A stretch of 64,000 nt of DNA. Origin: Chrysomallon squamiferum. Lineage: Eukaryota > Animalia > Mollusca. Under the pieces are notes generated by a model. The model was not told where the DNA came from. It ran no database searches and saw only the letters and a program-made list of their open reading frames with translations. The translations under genes and the position numbers were made by a program. The number at the start of each line of letters is the position of its first letter. The stretch's first letter is position 1. Of this stretch, positions 1 through 13,900 are shown in pieces. The DNA is taken from contig CM022665.1 of NCBI GenBank assembly GCA_012295275.1, positions 34,658,001 to 34,722,000 on the forward strand, given 5' to 3'.

Positions 1-2129
1 GATGCTGGAAATTTATATTTATTTATTTATTTTAACAACGCACACAACCATGTTCATAATGCTTTAATCAGCTATAATTATCATCAAATCAGTAACGTTT
101 ATAAATTTAATTTACTTGAAAATTAACAACAAACATAATAAGGGAAAAGTAAACTTTCTTTAAAAAAACCTCTTTATTATTCAGATTATCCTAATGAAAG
201 TACAAAATGATGCAAGTTGGAGGATTTCTTACAGGTCAAGTGATGACAAAGAAGACAGTCATAAAGATAACATAATGTTATAAATCCTCACATGATAAAC
301 GATACATATGTTCTTCTTTGGCTCACATACATGTAATACCACATGTGCAGTTTCCCATGCCTGAATTAGCAACACACAACTGACCTAGTTTCAGTTTCCT
401 TTTGTTCTTAAACAAACATTGATTTGTGTAAGCCACACTTGTTTGTCTTGAAAAGTGTTAGGCACAATGTGAAAACCAGCCACAATATTTTAAACCATAA
501 TATTACACATGCTACTAATTATGAAAAAATATATGTAAGATTACTGATGTGAACAACCAACAAAATAGCAGTTTATTCCTTTTTGTTAAATCTGAATTTA
601 TATACTAGCTTTGAGTAGCAAATAACATTAGATTCATATTAGTTTTATAGCATGTTTAGATAAATGGATAAAAATGTCTGTCATAATGAATACACTTATA
701 ACACTATCATGTAGCCTGTTCAATAAAAAGATTATTCAGGATTCTGTAGTAGTTTCTATTTATAGATTTTTTTTTTCTGAGACAATAAAACCAGCAGTTA
801 TAAAACCTGGTAGCCCCATACTACATTTTAAAAATAAGACAAATCCCACCAATAAATAAAAAATTAAAATCATTTAATTATACTTAAATAAACTGTTATC
901 AAGTACAAACAAAATTAATATAATTTATTTAAATTTAAATATACTTTTATCATGTGCACTCTATTGGAAAGATATGCATTTATGAAACATTTAAAAGAAC
1001 ATGTAAAGACTAGATGTTATCAATTAAAGTCACTGTGATTAATGACTAAAAGTGTCACTGTCACTGTCAGAAGGTTTCTGTTCTGTAATGCTTCTTTCTC
1101 CTCTCACAAATCCCTGGCTGTTGCTGGGTCATCGTCCTCAACTGGTGGTAAAGCAGGGTAATTCTCATCAAGTAGCTACACTATCTGGTGAAACTTTGTG
1201 AGCACCAACAACAGGTCCACAAATGTCAAGAAATTAGGAAACCTCTCCCTATTGTGGCAGTTCAGTCTGACATAAATCTTGTGAAAATGGTTTACAATAT
1301 ATTAAATATTTATATGCCTCACCAATCTTAAAAATTTTCATCATGTCCAATTTACACTGTCTGAGGTAATTAATAGATGGCTTAGCATGTTTGTTAATGG
1401 TATGTGCTGCTGTCAAATAGATAATTTATTTAACTTTTGTAGTGCTTCCATTGCTTTGTTCCTAACTCAGCTACAGTAATATTGTATGAGATTCACTACA
1501 TTTGTGTGTTTTTTCAGTATTTCTTTCTTAACATTTTTGCACCCAACAAGAAATGATTCTTTTTTGTCTCCAACATGTAGTATGTCTTCACTGAATGTCA
1601 CCATTCAAACTTCTATTTCCACAATGGCACAAAACCTCCTGACCATTTAGTGTTTTCTTGGTTATTTCTTTATCCTACTGTTACAGTTTTCAATCATTTT
1701 GCCAGTAGCATTTTCACCTTGTTATTATACAAGTGTGCAATGCTTATCTCCCAAAATACAAGCTTAACAAATGGCCTCATATCTGTAAACAATACTTTTT
1801 ATTTGTATCAGATCATTTGGAAACAATAAATGTACTCCTGTTAACACTGTTACAGTGACTCAGGGGAGTGTACACATGAACAAAGCATCCTGAAAACTGT
1901 CAAGTCACTGGACTACTGACTTTCCCAGGGTAGATATAGTAGCCAAACACTGCAAGCTACTGCTAAGGTTGAGCACTGATCTGTCAGATAAGGTTTAAAA
2001 TATACCACAGAATAACATCCAACTGCTATCCACCAATTAAAGTTACAACATTAAAAACATTATTGTTTTAAATCATTTAATGTAATAGATAATCCAATTT
2101 TAAACCATTCTTTTTTTAAAAAGTATATA

Positions 2130-2818
2130 TAGTGGTACCTTGACTTACACGTGCCCCAACTTATGAGTTTTTCAAGCTATGAGCAGTCACCTGGTCAATT
2201 TTCTGCTTTGAGTTATGAGCTAAAATCCGAGTTACTAGTGAACTTCAGATATGCCACTGCTAGTTGGCGCAACAAACAACATAACATCTGGCCAGCATCC
2301 TGCATCTCACTCGTTTACTTCACGAGGTTACCTCGCTGCAGAAGCATCTCTGTTGTGTAGTGCTCGCATTTTGTGCAGTATTTCACCAATTTGTTTTTTT
2401 CTGGCCTTGGATCCTAAGAAAGTGAGTGCAAAGGACAAGGCTGAGAAGAAGAAGCGGATGACGTCCATTGAATTAAAGCATAAAATCATAGTAAAAAATG
2501 AGTGAGGTGTGCATGTAGTCGACTTGGCTAGGCAGTATGAGCATAGTACCATACTGAAGCAGAAGGAGTCAATAAAGGCTGTAACTCCAGCCAAAGGCAT
2601 TAAAATATTTTGTTTTTTTATACAATATTTGTCATTTGTAAATGCATTTTTCTTATTTAAAAACACGTTACAAAAAAATGGGGTGGTTTTGGGGGGGCTG
2701 GAATGAATTACTGGTATTTCAATTAATTTCAGTTGGGAAAATTGATTTGATATATGAGCAAACTGAGATATGAGCTAAGTCATGGAACGAATTCAACTCA
2801 TAAGTCAAGGTATCACTT
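2130..2818 (+). mobile_element. Non-autonomous Tigger/pogo-like DNA transposon in an EPRS intron
   Basis: Terminal inverted repeats AGTGGTACCTTGACTTA / TAAGTCAAGGTATCACT; degenerate CENP-B-type HTH transposase N-terminus (PKKVSAK..KKKRMTSIELKHKII..VVDLARQY..TILKQKESIK). Confidence 0.85.
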
Positions 2819-4789
2819 TTAAGCAAGAATGTAAATTCTTTTTAATTTTTTAAAAGATATTGGAAAATAAATATGTATATATAATTTTGCTAACAATTGC
2901 TGGTAATAAATGTTATTACATACATTGTTTTATCTTCTAGCTAAATCAGAAGTATTAATAACATATATCTAAGGGAGATGGAATTTCACAACTTAGATCA
3001 TGAATTTAAAACATTTGCCATGTTAAACTTGATGGGTTAAGAAAGAAAATGGCTATGACATATTGCAGTTTGGGATACTTCACATAAATATGAATGGAAG
3101 CAAGCAAATCTGTTATTCCAAATAAAAGCAGCATATGAGTAAAATATCACTATTATCAGTTTCAACAAAACATGATTATGTATAAATATTTTTAGAGACA
3201 TCATATTTTTCTGTTCTTATATTCTAAAGTAAGATTAACATACAGTCATATGTAAATGGTTTTATTTGGTATCATAATTATTAATTTTCGTCCTAAAATA
3301 TTTACATTTGCTTAAAAAGAAAAAGAAATTAACAACCATATTCAAGTGTGTTGGCCGAATCTTTAAAAACGTGTATATGAAATGTAGCTAAGTGCAGATA
3401 AAGTTCTAAATGTATACACATATATATATGTACAGAAACACAATTCCAGTTGCAATTTATAAATTTTTAGATTAACTTTTTAAATCAAAAATCAATGTTT
3501 GTTTTTCTTTTTCTATTGTTAAAACTTAAAACTTGAAAATATTTATTTGTTGTTTGTTTGGGATTTTAGTTTTAAAATAAAATTGATATATACTGTAACT
3601 TTAGAGTAACTTAATATATACTATCATGAATATCATAAAGGGGACATGCAGAGTTTAATATTACTAAAAATCAAAAATCTATTTTTGATCAATTTGCAGT
3701 TTTGTCAAATTCACGTTCTTGGTTATCTAACTTTCAACAAGCACTTGGTTTTGTCATGAATAAATGTGATATACACAATAAAAATATATTTTTACAACAC
3801 TTGTCATTTTATTTCCTTTGTTTACATGCAGAATTTATTGAAAAATCACTGTTTGACTATAGTATATATATCTTCTGTCAATCCGAACCTTTGTTGACAT
3901 TCTGCATTACCTTTGCACTGTCTGATGATATAGCAACAAAATTTTAAGTAGTCAGCTGTTTCCATGAATCATTGGTTACAGAAGGAGGCTACACTCTACA
4001 AAAACTATGCTAGTGGAGATAGTGTTGAATAAGTGACAATGATTGGCATACCCATGCTTCTTTGCTTATCAGTCTCCACAGTTTATGAAATTCAATCAGT
4101 TGTCCAAATAAAATGCCAGAGTGTGAGCAAAAATATGTAGTTACTTTTGGGAAAGATCTGAGAAATGCAAAAGATCAGCTTCAAAGTACTTGGGATATGT
4201 TAAGAAACAAAATCAGACAATAATATTGTCTGACTTTAAAGTTGATTTTCTCAACTAAATGTTTTTTTTACTGAACTGTCATTTCTTTTTGCATAGATCT
4301 CAGTGAATTTCCAACAGAATGTAATTTTACTAATTTTGAAAGAATGGTATTTAAAAATTGTCCAACTCCCCCCCCCCAAAAAACCACCTAAAGAGAAAAG
4401 CAAAACATCTCTATTTTAATATTCATATAAATGTTAACTATTTACCTGCAAATTTTTAGTGCATTTAACCTATCCATTATGGAGACCCACATTTTAAGCT
4501 GAAACCAAAGAAATCAATGTGGACCAATCTGCGAGTTCAATATTTGTTTTGAAGTTTCATCTCTTTTTTCTGATGTATAACTAACACTTCAGCAAAATCT
4601 AACAAGATTTTTTAAAAATAGATTTTGCCACTCTTGGATTATGTGCCATTCAAGAATCACTAATGATTATTAAACATGTTCTTGTGTATTGCAGAAGTAT
4701 CATTTCACTGTATGCAACCAAAAAAGGTCTGTAATATCGTAATAGTTTGTTGTCATTTTTACTAATAATTTTATCAAAGACAATCTTAC

Positions 4790-4987
4790 TTTAGGTGCTT
4801 TTTGTGATTTCAAGTTTCTCACTATGCTGCCCTGTGTGACAATTTTGTTGTTCAAGTCATTAACGCTGCTTTGAGAGCTACTCTCACTGGCTGTGGGAGT
4901 TGAACCTGGTTTCCAATCTTTGCTTGTGGCTGCTTTGTACTCAGCTTTCAGAGACAACAATTCTTTAACAGCAGCATCTATATCAGC
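4790..4987 (-). CDS. EPRS: EPRS exon 20 (end of WHEP1 and start of WHEP2)
   Basis: [28 protein letters not shown]...[15 protein letters not shown]; 198 nt, phase 0 to 0. Confidence 0.95.
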
Positions 4988-7900
4988 CTGAAAATACAAT
5001 ACTTTTAAATTAAAAATTCAGAAATAAAAACCATAAAGTAATACTAATGTATAGCTGTGATCTCCAATGATACACTAATACATTTATTTTCAAAGTATCA
5101 ATTTTTGCTAAATGTTATTAGCAAGAATGTAAAAAAATAATTTCAGTTAATTCACCTTTCTATAAAATGGACCACAAAGAATAAATGAAAGACAATTTAA
5201 AAAGAAACTTTATTCAAATGAATAGAGTTTATTGACCCTGGAATATGATCCTGCAGTCACTCCAGTACATACACATTATTTTTACATAACTCTGAAACAC
5301 AAATGCCACATTCAAGCATTATTACAAAAAAGATAATAAATATCAAAAACTTAAAGACCTTTATTAAAAACCATAAAAATGTATTTTCTAAATGTTTTAT
5401 ACAATATTATGATTGATGTACATGTATAAAACATGGATAAAAGAAAATATGAAATCCAACCATAATAAAGATGAAAAACATTATCTATTTTAAAATATAT
5501 TGAGAAAAGGAGACTTACTCTAGCAGCTTTTTCATCTTTTAATTTTCTGACCGAGTCACCCTGCAGTCTGATTTTATTGTCTAGGTCTACAATGTTCATT
5601 GTCCCATTCACGACTGGAGCTTGTTCATCTTGTGGGGATTTTTCAGCAACTTTACCTTTTTTGCTCTGCTTTCTGTTTTAAAAATGAACAAATATTTGCT
5701 GGTCACCAAGTCAACATATTTTAATGTAAATGGCTGTTAGATACTGACTGGTTAAAATGCATCTAGTGGATCGCATTTTTTTTAATTCCTGTAAGAATAA
5801 AGCATAATAATAATGTAATAAGTATTTTAAGAAAAACAACAAGTAGTTGTGATTGTATGTCTGAAATAGAAAATGTAAAGAAATCCTTAAGATTTATAAA
5901 AACTATGCATACAATGTACTTATTTTGTCTTACTGACTGTATTATCAGTGAGTACATAATAACTGAAGTTGCCAGTCAGGCTGTTATTTAATCACATGAT
6001 ATGTACACACTGACGAACAGTTTAAAAAAAGATAAAGGGTCATTCTATGTCAAATCACCCAATAGGTTAAACCTGACCATCTCAGATTTTTATGAAACTT
6101 GGTATACCAAATTTGAAATGTTAGACCAATTGAACCAGTGGTGTGTGAGATATGGCCACCCAAATATTGAGATTTTTGGATAATATAGATTTAAATAATG
6201 CATATGAGCACAGATGATTGATACAATGCATTACAATGTACATTTTCTACATGTACAGACTTCTCTGAGACCAAAAACTCATCTTTGGAGTCAAAATCCA
6301 CCTAACATGTCTGAAGGAATGCCCGAAGGATATGAAAAGATGCCAAATGGCATGAGATGTTCAACACAATTAGGCCCAAAGGGTTAACAGGAAGTGTGGC
6401 TTCAGGCACGCCAGGTACTCCTTGAAATCCCCTGGGGAAATTCCCATTAGGTACATGGCAATTAGAAATTTAAGACAAAGAAGTTTCTTCATCTGTATTT
6501 TTTTCTTTGACAATCTGAAGCTTTCAGATTGGACACAATGTCAGATGTTGACATGTAAGTATTATGTTTTCTTCATAAAGTCATTTTGTCATGTCATGTG
6601 GCCTTGCCAATGGCTTTGAACAGTGTTTCAGTCAACTACAGTACAACAAAGTCTGAAACCAGGTTTCATCCAGTGATGTACTGCATAATGTATTTGTACA
6701 CCCAGTCTTTGGCACAGAGTGTGAACATCTAAAAGTTTCAGAGGTGTAATATTTTTTGTTTAGCAGCCAAACCCATTCAAAAATTGCATGTCCATGAAAA
6801 TAACACGTTTTCTGCCATTAACATCTGATTAGCTGAAACCTGAATGACCAATCCCTGATGCTAGGAATCATCATCTCTCTTGAATACAGAGTAATACATT
6901 GTAGGCCTACATGCTATTGTCATATGATATCAAACTACTTCCCTCAAACTACTTCTCACCAGTTCAACAATCACATAATCATTAGGTCACCTACTTCCCC
7001 CATAGTCTTGCAATTCAAGCATCATCCTTTTAACTCAGAGAGTACATCCATCAAGTAGATGCAACAGAAGGTGTATCAATGATACAGATGATGTCCCCTT
7101 CACTAATCCAACAAGTGTCTTCTTTGTTTGGCCAGTGAAATAACTTAGAAGATCCTTGAGGGTACATCAAACAAATGAAGATGTCTCCATGATCTTCTGA
7201 AATGTCCTCAACTAGCCCAACCCATGCCTCATTGTCATACAGACAACATAGTTTTGCTTCTTGGCTTCAATGGGAGGCTCATCTGGTAACTCTGTCATAT
7301 CATCCTCAGAATCCTGGACAGATACTAGTTCTGGTATGTCACTCTGCAGGCTCAGTTTGTAGGCATGAATCTTTGACTTAGACACTGGAACTAACTGGTG
7401 AAACTGCTGTATTCCCTTGACCATTTTGGCCACTGAAACCTCCCTTGTAGCTACAACTCATGCTTTGCTTTGTGTTCTAGTGTGATGTTGAAAAAGTGAA
7501 TACCTGGAATACTCTTGATGCAGAAGTCCATGATAGCCTCAGTGGTCAACAGGACAAAGTCAATGCTTTCCTAAATATTAAATCTAGTCCTGAAACTCTT
7601 TCAATAAAGTTAAGCAGGTCAGAAAACTAAAATGGCAGCAGAGTACATGTATCACTACCAAAGGCCCACAAGCCTTGGACATTTGCTTCAAACTTTTCAA
7701 GTATAAATCACAGTTAATCAATGTGCTAGATTAAATTTCAAGAAAGGTCATCTCAAGGTTACATGATCCACAAGGTCATAACAAAGGTCAAAAGGTCAGT
7801 GTACCCCAACATTCTACAATCTGAACAGTAACGGAATTCTTATCAAATTGCCTTTCCAATACTACCAATTTTATGAAGATTGGCCCAGTAGTTCCTGAGA

Positions 7901-10900
7901 TATGAGGGTTCAAAGGTTGGTGAACACACCCATTCTGGCCAAAAAGCTCAATATTTGAGGAGCCGTATCTCCCACACCACTGGTTTGATTGGCCTAAAAT
8001 TTCAGATTTGGTTCTGTGGTATTCCAATTAACAAGTTTCATAAAAATCTGAGACAGTCAGGTTTAAAATAGTTGGTTTTTTGAGTGATTTGACACAGAAT
8101 GACCCTAAAATATTATACCTCTTTGGCACTGATATCTGGCTTGTGTTTGGAGCCAGCTGTTGGCATCTCTTTCTGATGTCCATCTGGGATATTGAACAAA
8201 ATACAAGGACTTGCTTTCCCTGTGTACCGACTGAAATAAAACACAAAGTATGGGATTAATATAAAAACAAGATTGAACTTAATACCAATAGATGTCAGGA
8301 GATGGTCCAAAACCAAAAGTAACCAACAAAAACAAACATAATTATTATATTTTTAATATTTCAAACCTAATGTTTTTCAAATATAATCAAAATATTTTAT
8401 GGATTTTTGGAAATACCTTTATATATTCTTATAAACATTTTAATTTTGACAAACCTGACTGGTTCATAAGGCTGGTCACAGATGTAGTATCCTCTTCTCT
8501 GAAGTTGGATTATTTCCCCTTTCTTCACAGAAGCCAAACAAGGATCTCCAACCATAATGTACTCTTTCTGTCAAAAACCAGAAAAACAAGAAAGTGTATA
8601 GTTTAGAATCTATAAATAAATACAGATATCCCTCAGTTAACTTGATCAATTAATCCATCAACAATAATGCATATATCAAAACCGTGTTAATCAAATATAA
8701 TAATTAGCAATAAAAATTACAACTCATCCTCGGTCAAATGTTAATTATAAAAAAATTCAAATTCAGCTAACTAAAATATACTTATAGACTTACCTAGTAA
8801 AGATAATAAAAAATAATAATAATAATTAAATTTTTATTAAATACAATGATCCATATTGGGGTGCACAAATTGCACAAACATCCATTTTGTTTGTGTGACA
8901 GTTATGCAAAACCATCCTTACATAACCATATTCTGTTAGTGCATAGATTATCCCAATAAAACCAACAACAAACCTTAATCATGTTAGCGAAATTCAGGAG
9001 TTGTTTTCATTCTGGGAATCAATGTAGAACAACATTAATATTTTTTACTTTATTAATACAAATATAATAACATAACCATAATTCTTTTTTGGGGATAGGG
9101 CTGGGTTAGAAGAGATGAAGAGTAAATTTAATATTATTTATGTATTCAGATCCATTATGTTATCAGTTCCTTCTATTTGGTGCAAAACTGGAAATCAACT
9201 CATTTTGCCTCATTTGCAATGTTTTGCTTTTCTTCAGTATTTATTTTAATAATGTCAGAAACTGCTAATTATTACTTTTAATTTACCAATGTTAATTATC
9301 AGTAACATAACACTATCCTGCTTCTAGCTATATATCTAAATTACTTAAATTTTATTATGAAAAAAGAGAATATTAAAATTCTAACAGAGCATGTTTTATT
9401 CAGGATTTTCAACAAAATATCTAGCAACATAACATAAAGAAATGCTGTTTGAAATCTTAAATTGTTTTAAATAAACTCTTCATAATGAATTAATACATTT
9501 CAGTCATAATCCTTACTATATGTTTTGCTACCAAATAAAATATACACACGTACAAAAATAAAATTTGTAAAAAGGTTACACAAAAGAAAATATTTTCTGC
9601 GTAAGTCATTAATAGGTTATATAGAATTTCAATTTGTGCAGCCCTTATCCATACCATTATTTGTTGCTTAAGCATCTCAAAATTCCTAAGCATTTCATCA
9701 AGCTGTTTAAATATTTTAATAATATCAAGTAATTACTTTCCTTTTTCACTTTTCTTTATAGCTTCACTCTTTGTGGACATTGTTGGGGGCACAATGTTTA
9801 GAAAGTGATTATTAGGGGAAAACATTTGTAAAATGATGTAGCTAGTGTTTAAGGTGTGCACTCTTAGTAGCTGTTTAATGACCGAGTCTGAATCTGCTTG
9901 CCACAGAGTCTCTAACTGGCAACTCTGTTGCCATGCATGTGACATAACTTTGATCATTAGTGGCTAAGTTTCAATACTCCATCCCTGAGATGCTTTCATG
10001 TGTAAAATCTGAAAGTGTGTTAATTTTTTATTACAAAGGATGCTTGTAATTATTATTACTCTGTTAATCAAGTATCTTGCAATGCAAAACCAAGTTAAGT
10101 AAGAGATACCTGTAAATTATTACATAATTAAAATCAGAAAATCAGACAAGACTTTAGAGAAACAGGTGGATCACATATATATATATGCTTGTTAACACCT
10201 GCATACATATATGCAGTCATATGCATTCAAAAAAGAGGAGCGAGTTAATGCAACTTACCTTTGATTCAGTGTTAACATATAGTTTAAAGTCCTCATCTTT
10301 TCCTAGAACTGCCTTGTTCATGATGTGATCAAAAAGAACACACACAGTTGGAGTAAACTTTGCTTTATCTGTTTCAGCCAACCAAGTTATCTTTTGAGTC
10401 TTTTTGTAATCCTGCAAAAATTTTTGATATAAATTAAATTAATCCTTAAAAATAAATGTGTTTACTGCACTGTAGTTAAGTGAAAAGAATTGTGGTGTGA
10501 TTGAAATTAAGAATATGTATGGAACAAAACTTACTGTGTTTTCCAGATTAAGCTCAGCTTCAATTGATGTCACCTGACCCTTGCCATTCCTGTAAAAAAA
10601 GTATTCATTACATTTCACTGTCAAATATTGCCAACAAATTTTAAATGTTAAAGTGAAAATAAAGCTCTCATTCTTAATTTTGTGAATGGTATTCACAATC
10701 AATACTTTTTCCTTATTATCAACATTTTACTTTAGTACGGTAATAAACTGTATTATATTACATAGAATGTCATAATAAAATTACAATGTGTATATTTAAA
10801 TAATCTACTAACATTCATTCAACATTATGACTTAAAGAATAAAGATGTTAATAATTATTTTTAAAATAGCAATAATAATAGCAATAACAATAATAAAATA

Positions 10901-13900
10901 ACAATTACTTTTTGATTGTCTTCATTATTAGATTTCCCCAGTTGATGAAGGTTACAATCTCTCCTTGGTGGAGAACAGCAGCATCAGCACCTTCTATGTA
11001 AACTGTATCACTGTACCAGACTACCTTGTTTCCTGCATCAGGATTCTATTAGAAATATATATTCAGAAAACGATTTGCAATAAAAAAATTATACAATAAC
11101 TAATTTGAATTTTGATTATGAAAATCTGTTTTAAAACATCCTTGGAAAGAAAAATAAACACGTAAACACTAATTTACAGAATATTAACTATAATTTGGAG
11201 TTACCATTTTGATTATGCATGTCTCTTTCTGAAATTTATGCTGAAAGTAATATACAGAATTAAACACACAAGTTTAGAGAATATTAAGTTGAATCTGGAA
11301 TTAGCACACTGTTGTTTTGTTGGGTTTTTTAATTTTTATTTTATTTTATTTTACTTTATTATTATTTTTTTATTCAGCAAATTCAGTTTTGAAAACTTCA
11401 TAAGACTGTGGGAAAAACTGTTATTTGGTATTGGTTAAGCTCATTTATGAAATGATTCTGCTAACCTTAGGGTGTTTTGGTACTTCCTTGCTTTCAACTG
11501 TGGCTCTGGTAACATGTATTGGTACAAGATCATCTTCAGCTAGTGCAGTGTAACGTGGTACAACTGGATCTATAACCTACAGATAGAAAGAAGTTTAGAA
11601 ATGTCATAACTAAAACTCAGAATAAGTAAAATATAAAAAAGTAAACTTTAATGCAACTTAACATTTGAAATTCATAGCTAGTTTTGTGGGTTGGATAAAC
11701 AAATTCAGACTTGTGTCTCAGCAACAGGATATACAGATTTTATTTACATCTGATTTTTTCTATTACACTGGACATGATGTATTCTTCAATTTTTTAACAT
11801 CTGGTTTATTTTTTTTTAAATAACATGAAATATCAGAAATGTAACTGTTAAATAATATTCAGTTATTAACCCTTTAAATGAAACAACAACATCCTTTTAT
11901 ATACACCTCTCACCAACAGGATAAATATCTCAAAACAAAGATTTATATATTAAAGTTTTCATTATTCTGAATTTACCTTTTTGTTGTAAGCCCAGATTTT
12001 ATCCCATTCCATCATGTTCACTGAGCGAGATGAACCCTAAAGATTAGAATGAATCATTAAATTAAAAACAAATTTGACTTTACCATTATTTATCAAACAT
12101 ATGTTAATATTTATTGTTTATTTGGTAACTGTACTGGTAAGGAAACAAAAATATTTTTGTGAAGGATATAAATATTTATAAACTAAAGTACAGAACGATA
12201 AACATGTATTTTATTTGAGAAAAGGTCTCAAAAAGGCCAAAGGCAGATTTACCCAAAGATCTATAATGCAGACAACAAAACAAGAATAAATTATTTCAAT
12301 TCCAAAACATAGCTACATTAACATGAACTAGTGTTTTGACATGACTTTTAAATATGTTAAAAAAAATAATAGTAATAACATTCAGTCTGCATTTTTTTTT
12401 TAGTTACCTGTGTTATAATGAACTGTTTTAAACCCTCCACTGTCATACCTCTTCTTAATACACCTCTCACTGTAGGTAATCTGGGATCATCCCTGCCATT
12501 CAAAAATTCATTAAATTAATTCTGTCCTTTTTTTTTTCCTTTCACATAAATCTTATTCTTTGTTAACTGGGTAATTTTTACAAATATAAACAGAAAATAT
12601 ATTTATGTAAATAGAAGTGTCTATTATGATTCAATAAGATAAAAAATATAAAGAAAACATTATGGAATATAAAAATCTCTCCTGAAACTGCATGTTTAGA
12701 TTTCTGGGCTGAAAATATATCTAATTCATAATAATTAAGCAGATGTTCAGTAATTTGAGTCTTCACTTTCAAATATGTAATTTTAATAAAAACTGACTAA
12801 TTGAAATTAAAGAATAAAATATAAATTTTATGTTAAAAATACTTTGATTTATGATGCTTAACTCAACTAAAACATTACTGTTAAATGTTAAAAATATGTC
12901 TATTTACCATCCATCCACAAGTCCTTCATTGACAAACCAAGTCAATTTTCTCTTTGACATGACAGTGTTCTGTAAATTCAGTCGACTATACTCATAGAGG
13001 TGAGGCTTCGGTAGTCCTGTGAACATAAAACATTCTTAAAACTGTAAAAGTGGGTATTCTTTATTTTAATAACTGGTAAGCAACAAAACAATTTACTACT
13101 ACACATAACTAAAATGTATTAGTTTTTTTGTACCAAGAGGCATTATTAAGCATTATGATAACACCATCAACTGATGTTACCTTTATGTTGAAGTTTGTTT
13201 AATATATATATATATATTTTTTTTTTTTTTGCTAAGCCTATATTCTTTAAAAACTAAAAATTAAACATAATCAGCCTAAGTTTAATTAAAATATCAACAG
13301 TAGTCAAACAAAACACTTATCTTATAATTTAAAATATTTATTCTTTGCATAACAAAAAAAAGAAAATTTAATTTAAATTACCCCCACCCCCACCAAATTT
13401 GTTTTGTGGATAGCCTAAATAAAAAATTTAAATAATTTTATCTTACCCACTGCTTCCAGAATCCAGTAATACTGATCATCTCTATCATGGTACTCTGTTG
13501 TTCTTAGTGCATGTGTCACATTTTCAAGGCTGTCCACTATAGGACAAGCAAAGTCATAGGTTGGATACACTCTGAAATAAAAACAAGCTACCACTAAAAC
13601 CATGGATGTATCAACAATGTTTGATAAAGAAAAATTATAAGATAAAATTATTTTATTTAAGATTTTCTTGCATTTTATTCCACATAACACATTTCACACT
13701 ACTGTACAGGACAATTAAAGTAATATTTTAAAAATAATTAAATATTTTTAAGAAAAATGGGTAATTATTTCAGGTTACATAAATACATTCATTCTTATTT
13801 TTTATTTTTTTTATTCACGTTTATTTGGTGCATACAATTTAATAAAAATAATTGTTATAATTAATTCTGGAAGATATTTAATGTCATCAAAAAAATAATA

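Noticed and set aside
1020-2000. GC-richer patch resembling a decayed transposon ORF
   Set aside because: The frames I translated are interrupted and no family motif could be identified
1-4789. Further EPRS WHEP or ProRS exons
   Set aside because: No WHEP-like or ProRS-like frame with splice sites found by eye; treated as intron, with the gene continuing outside the window
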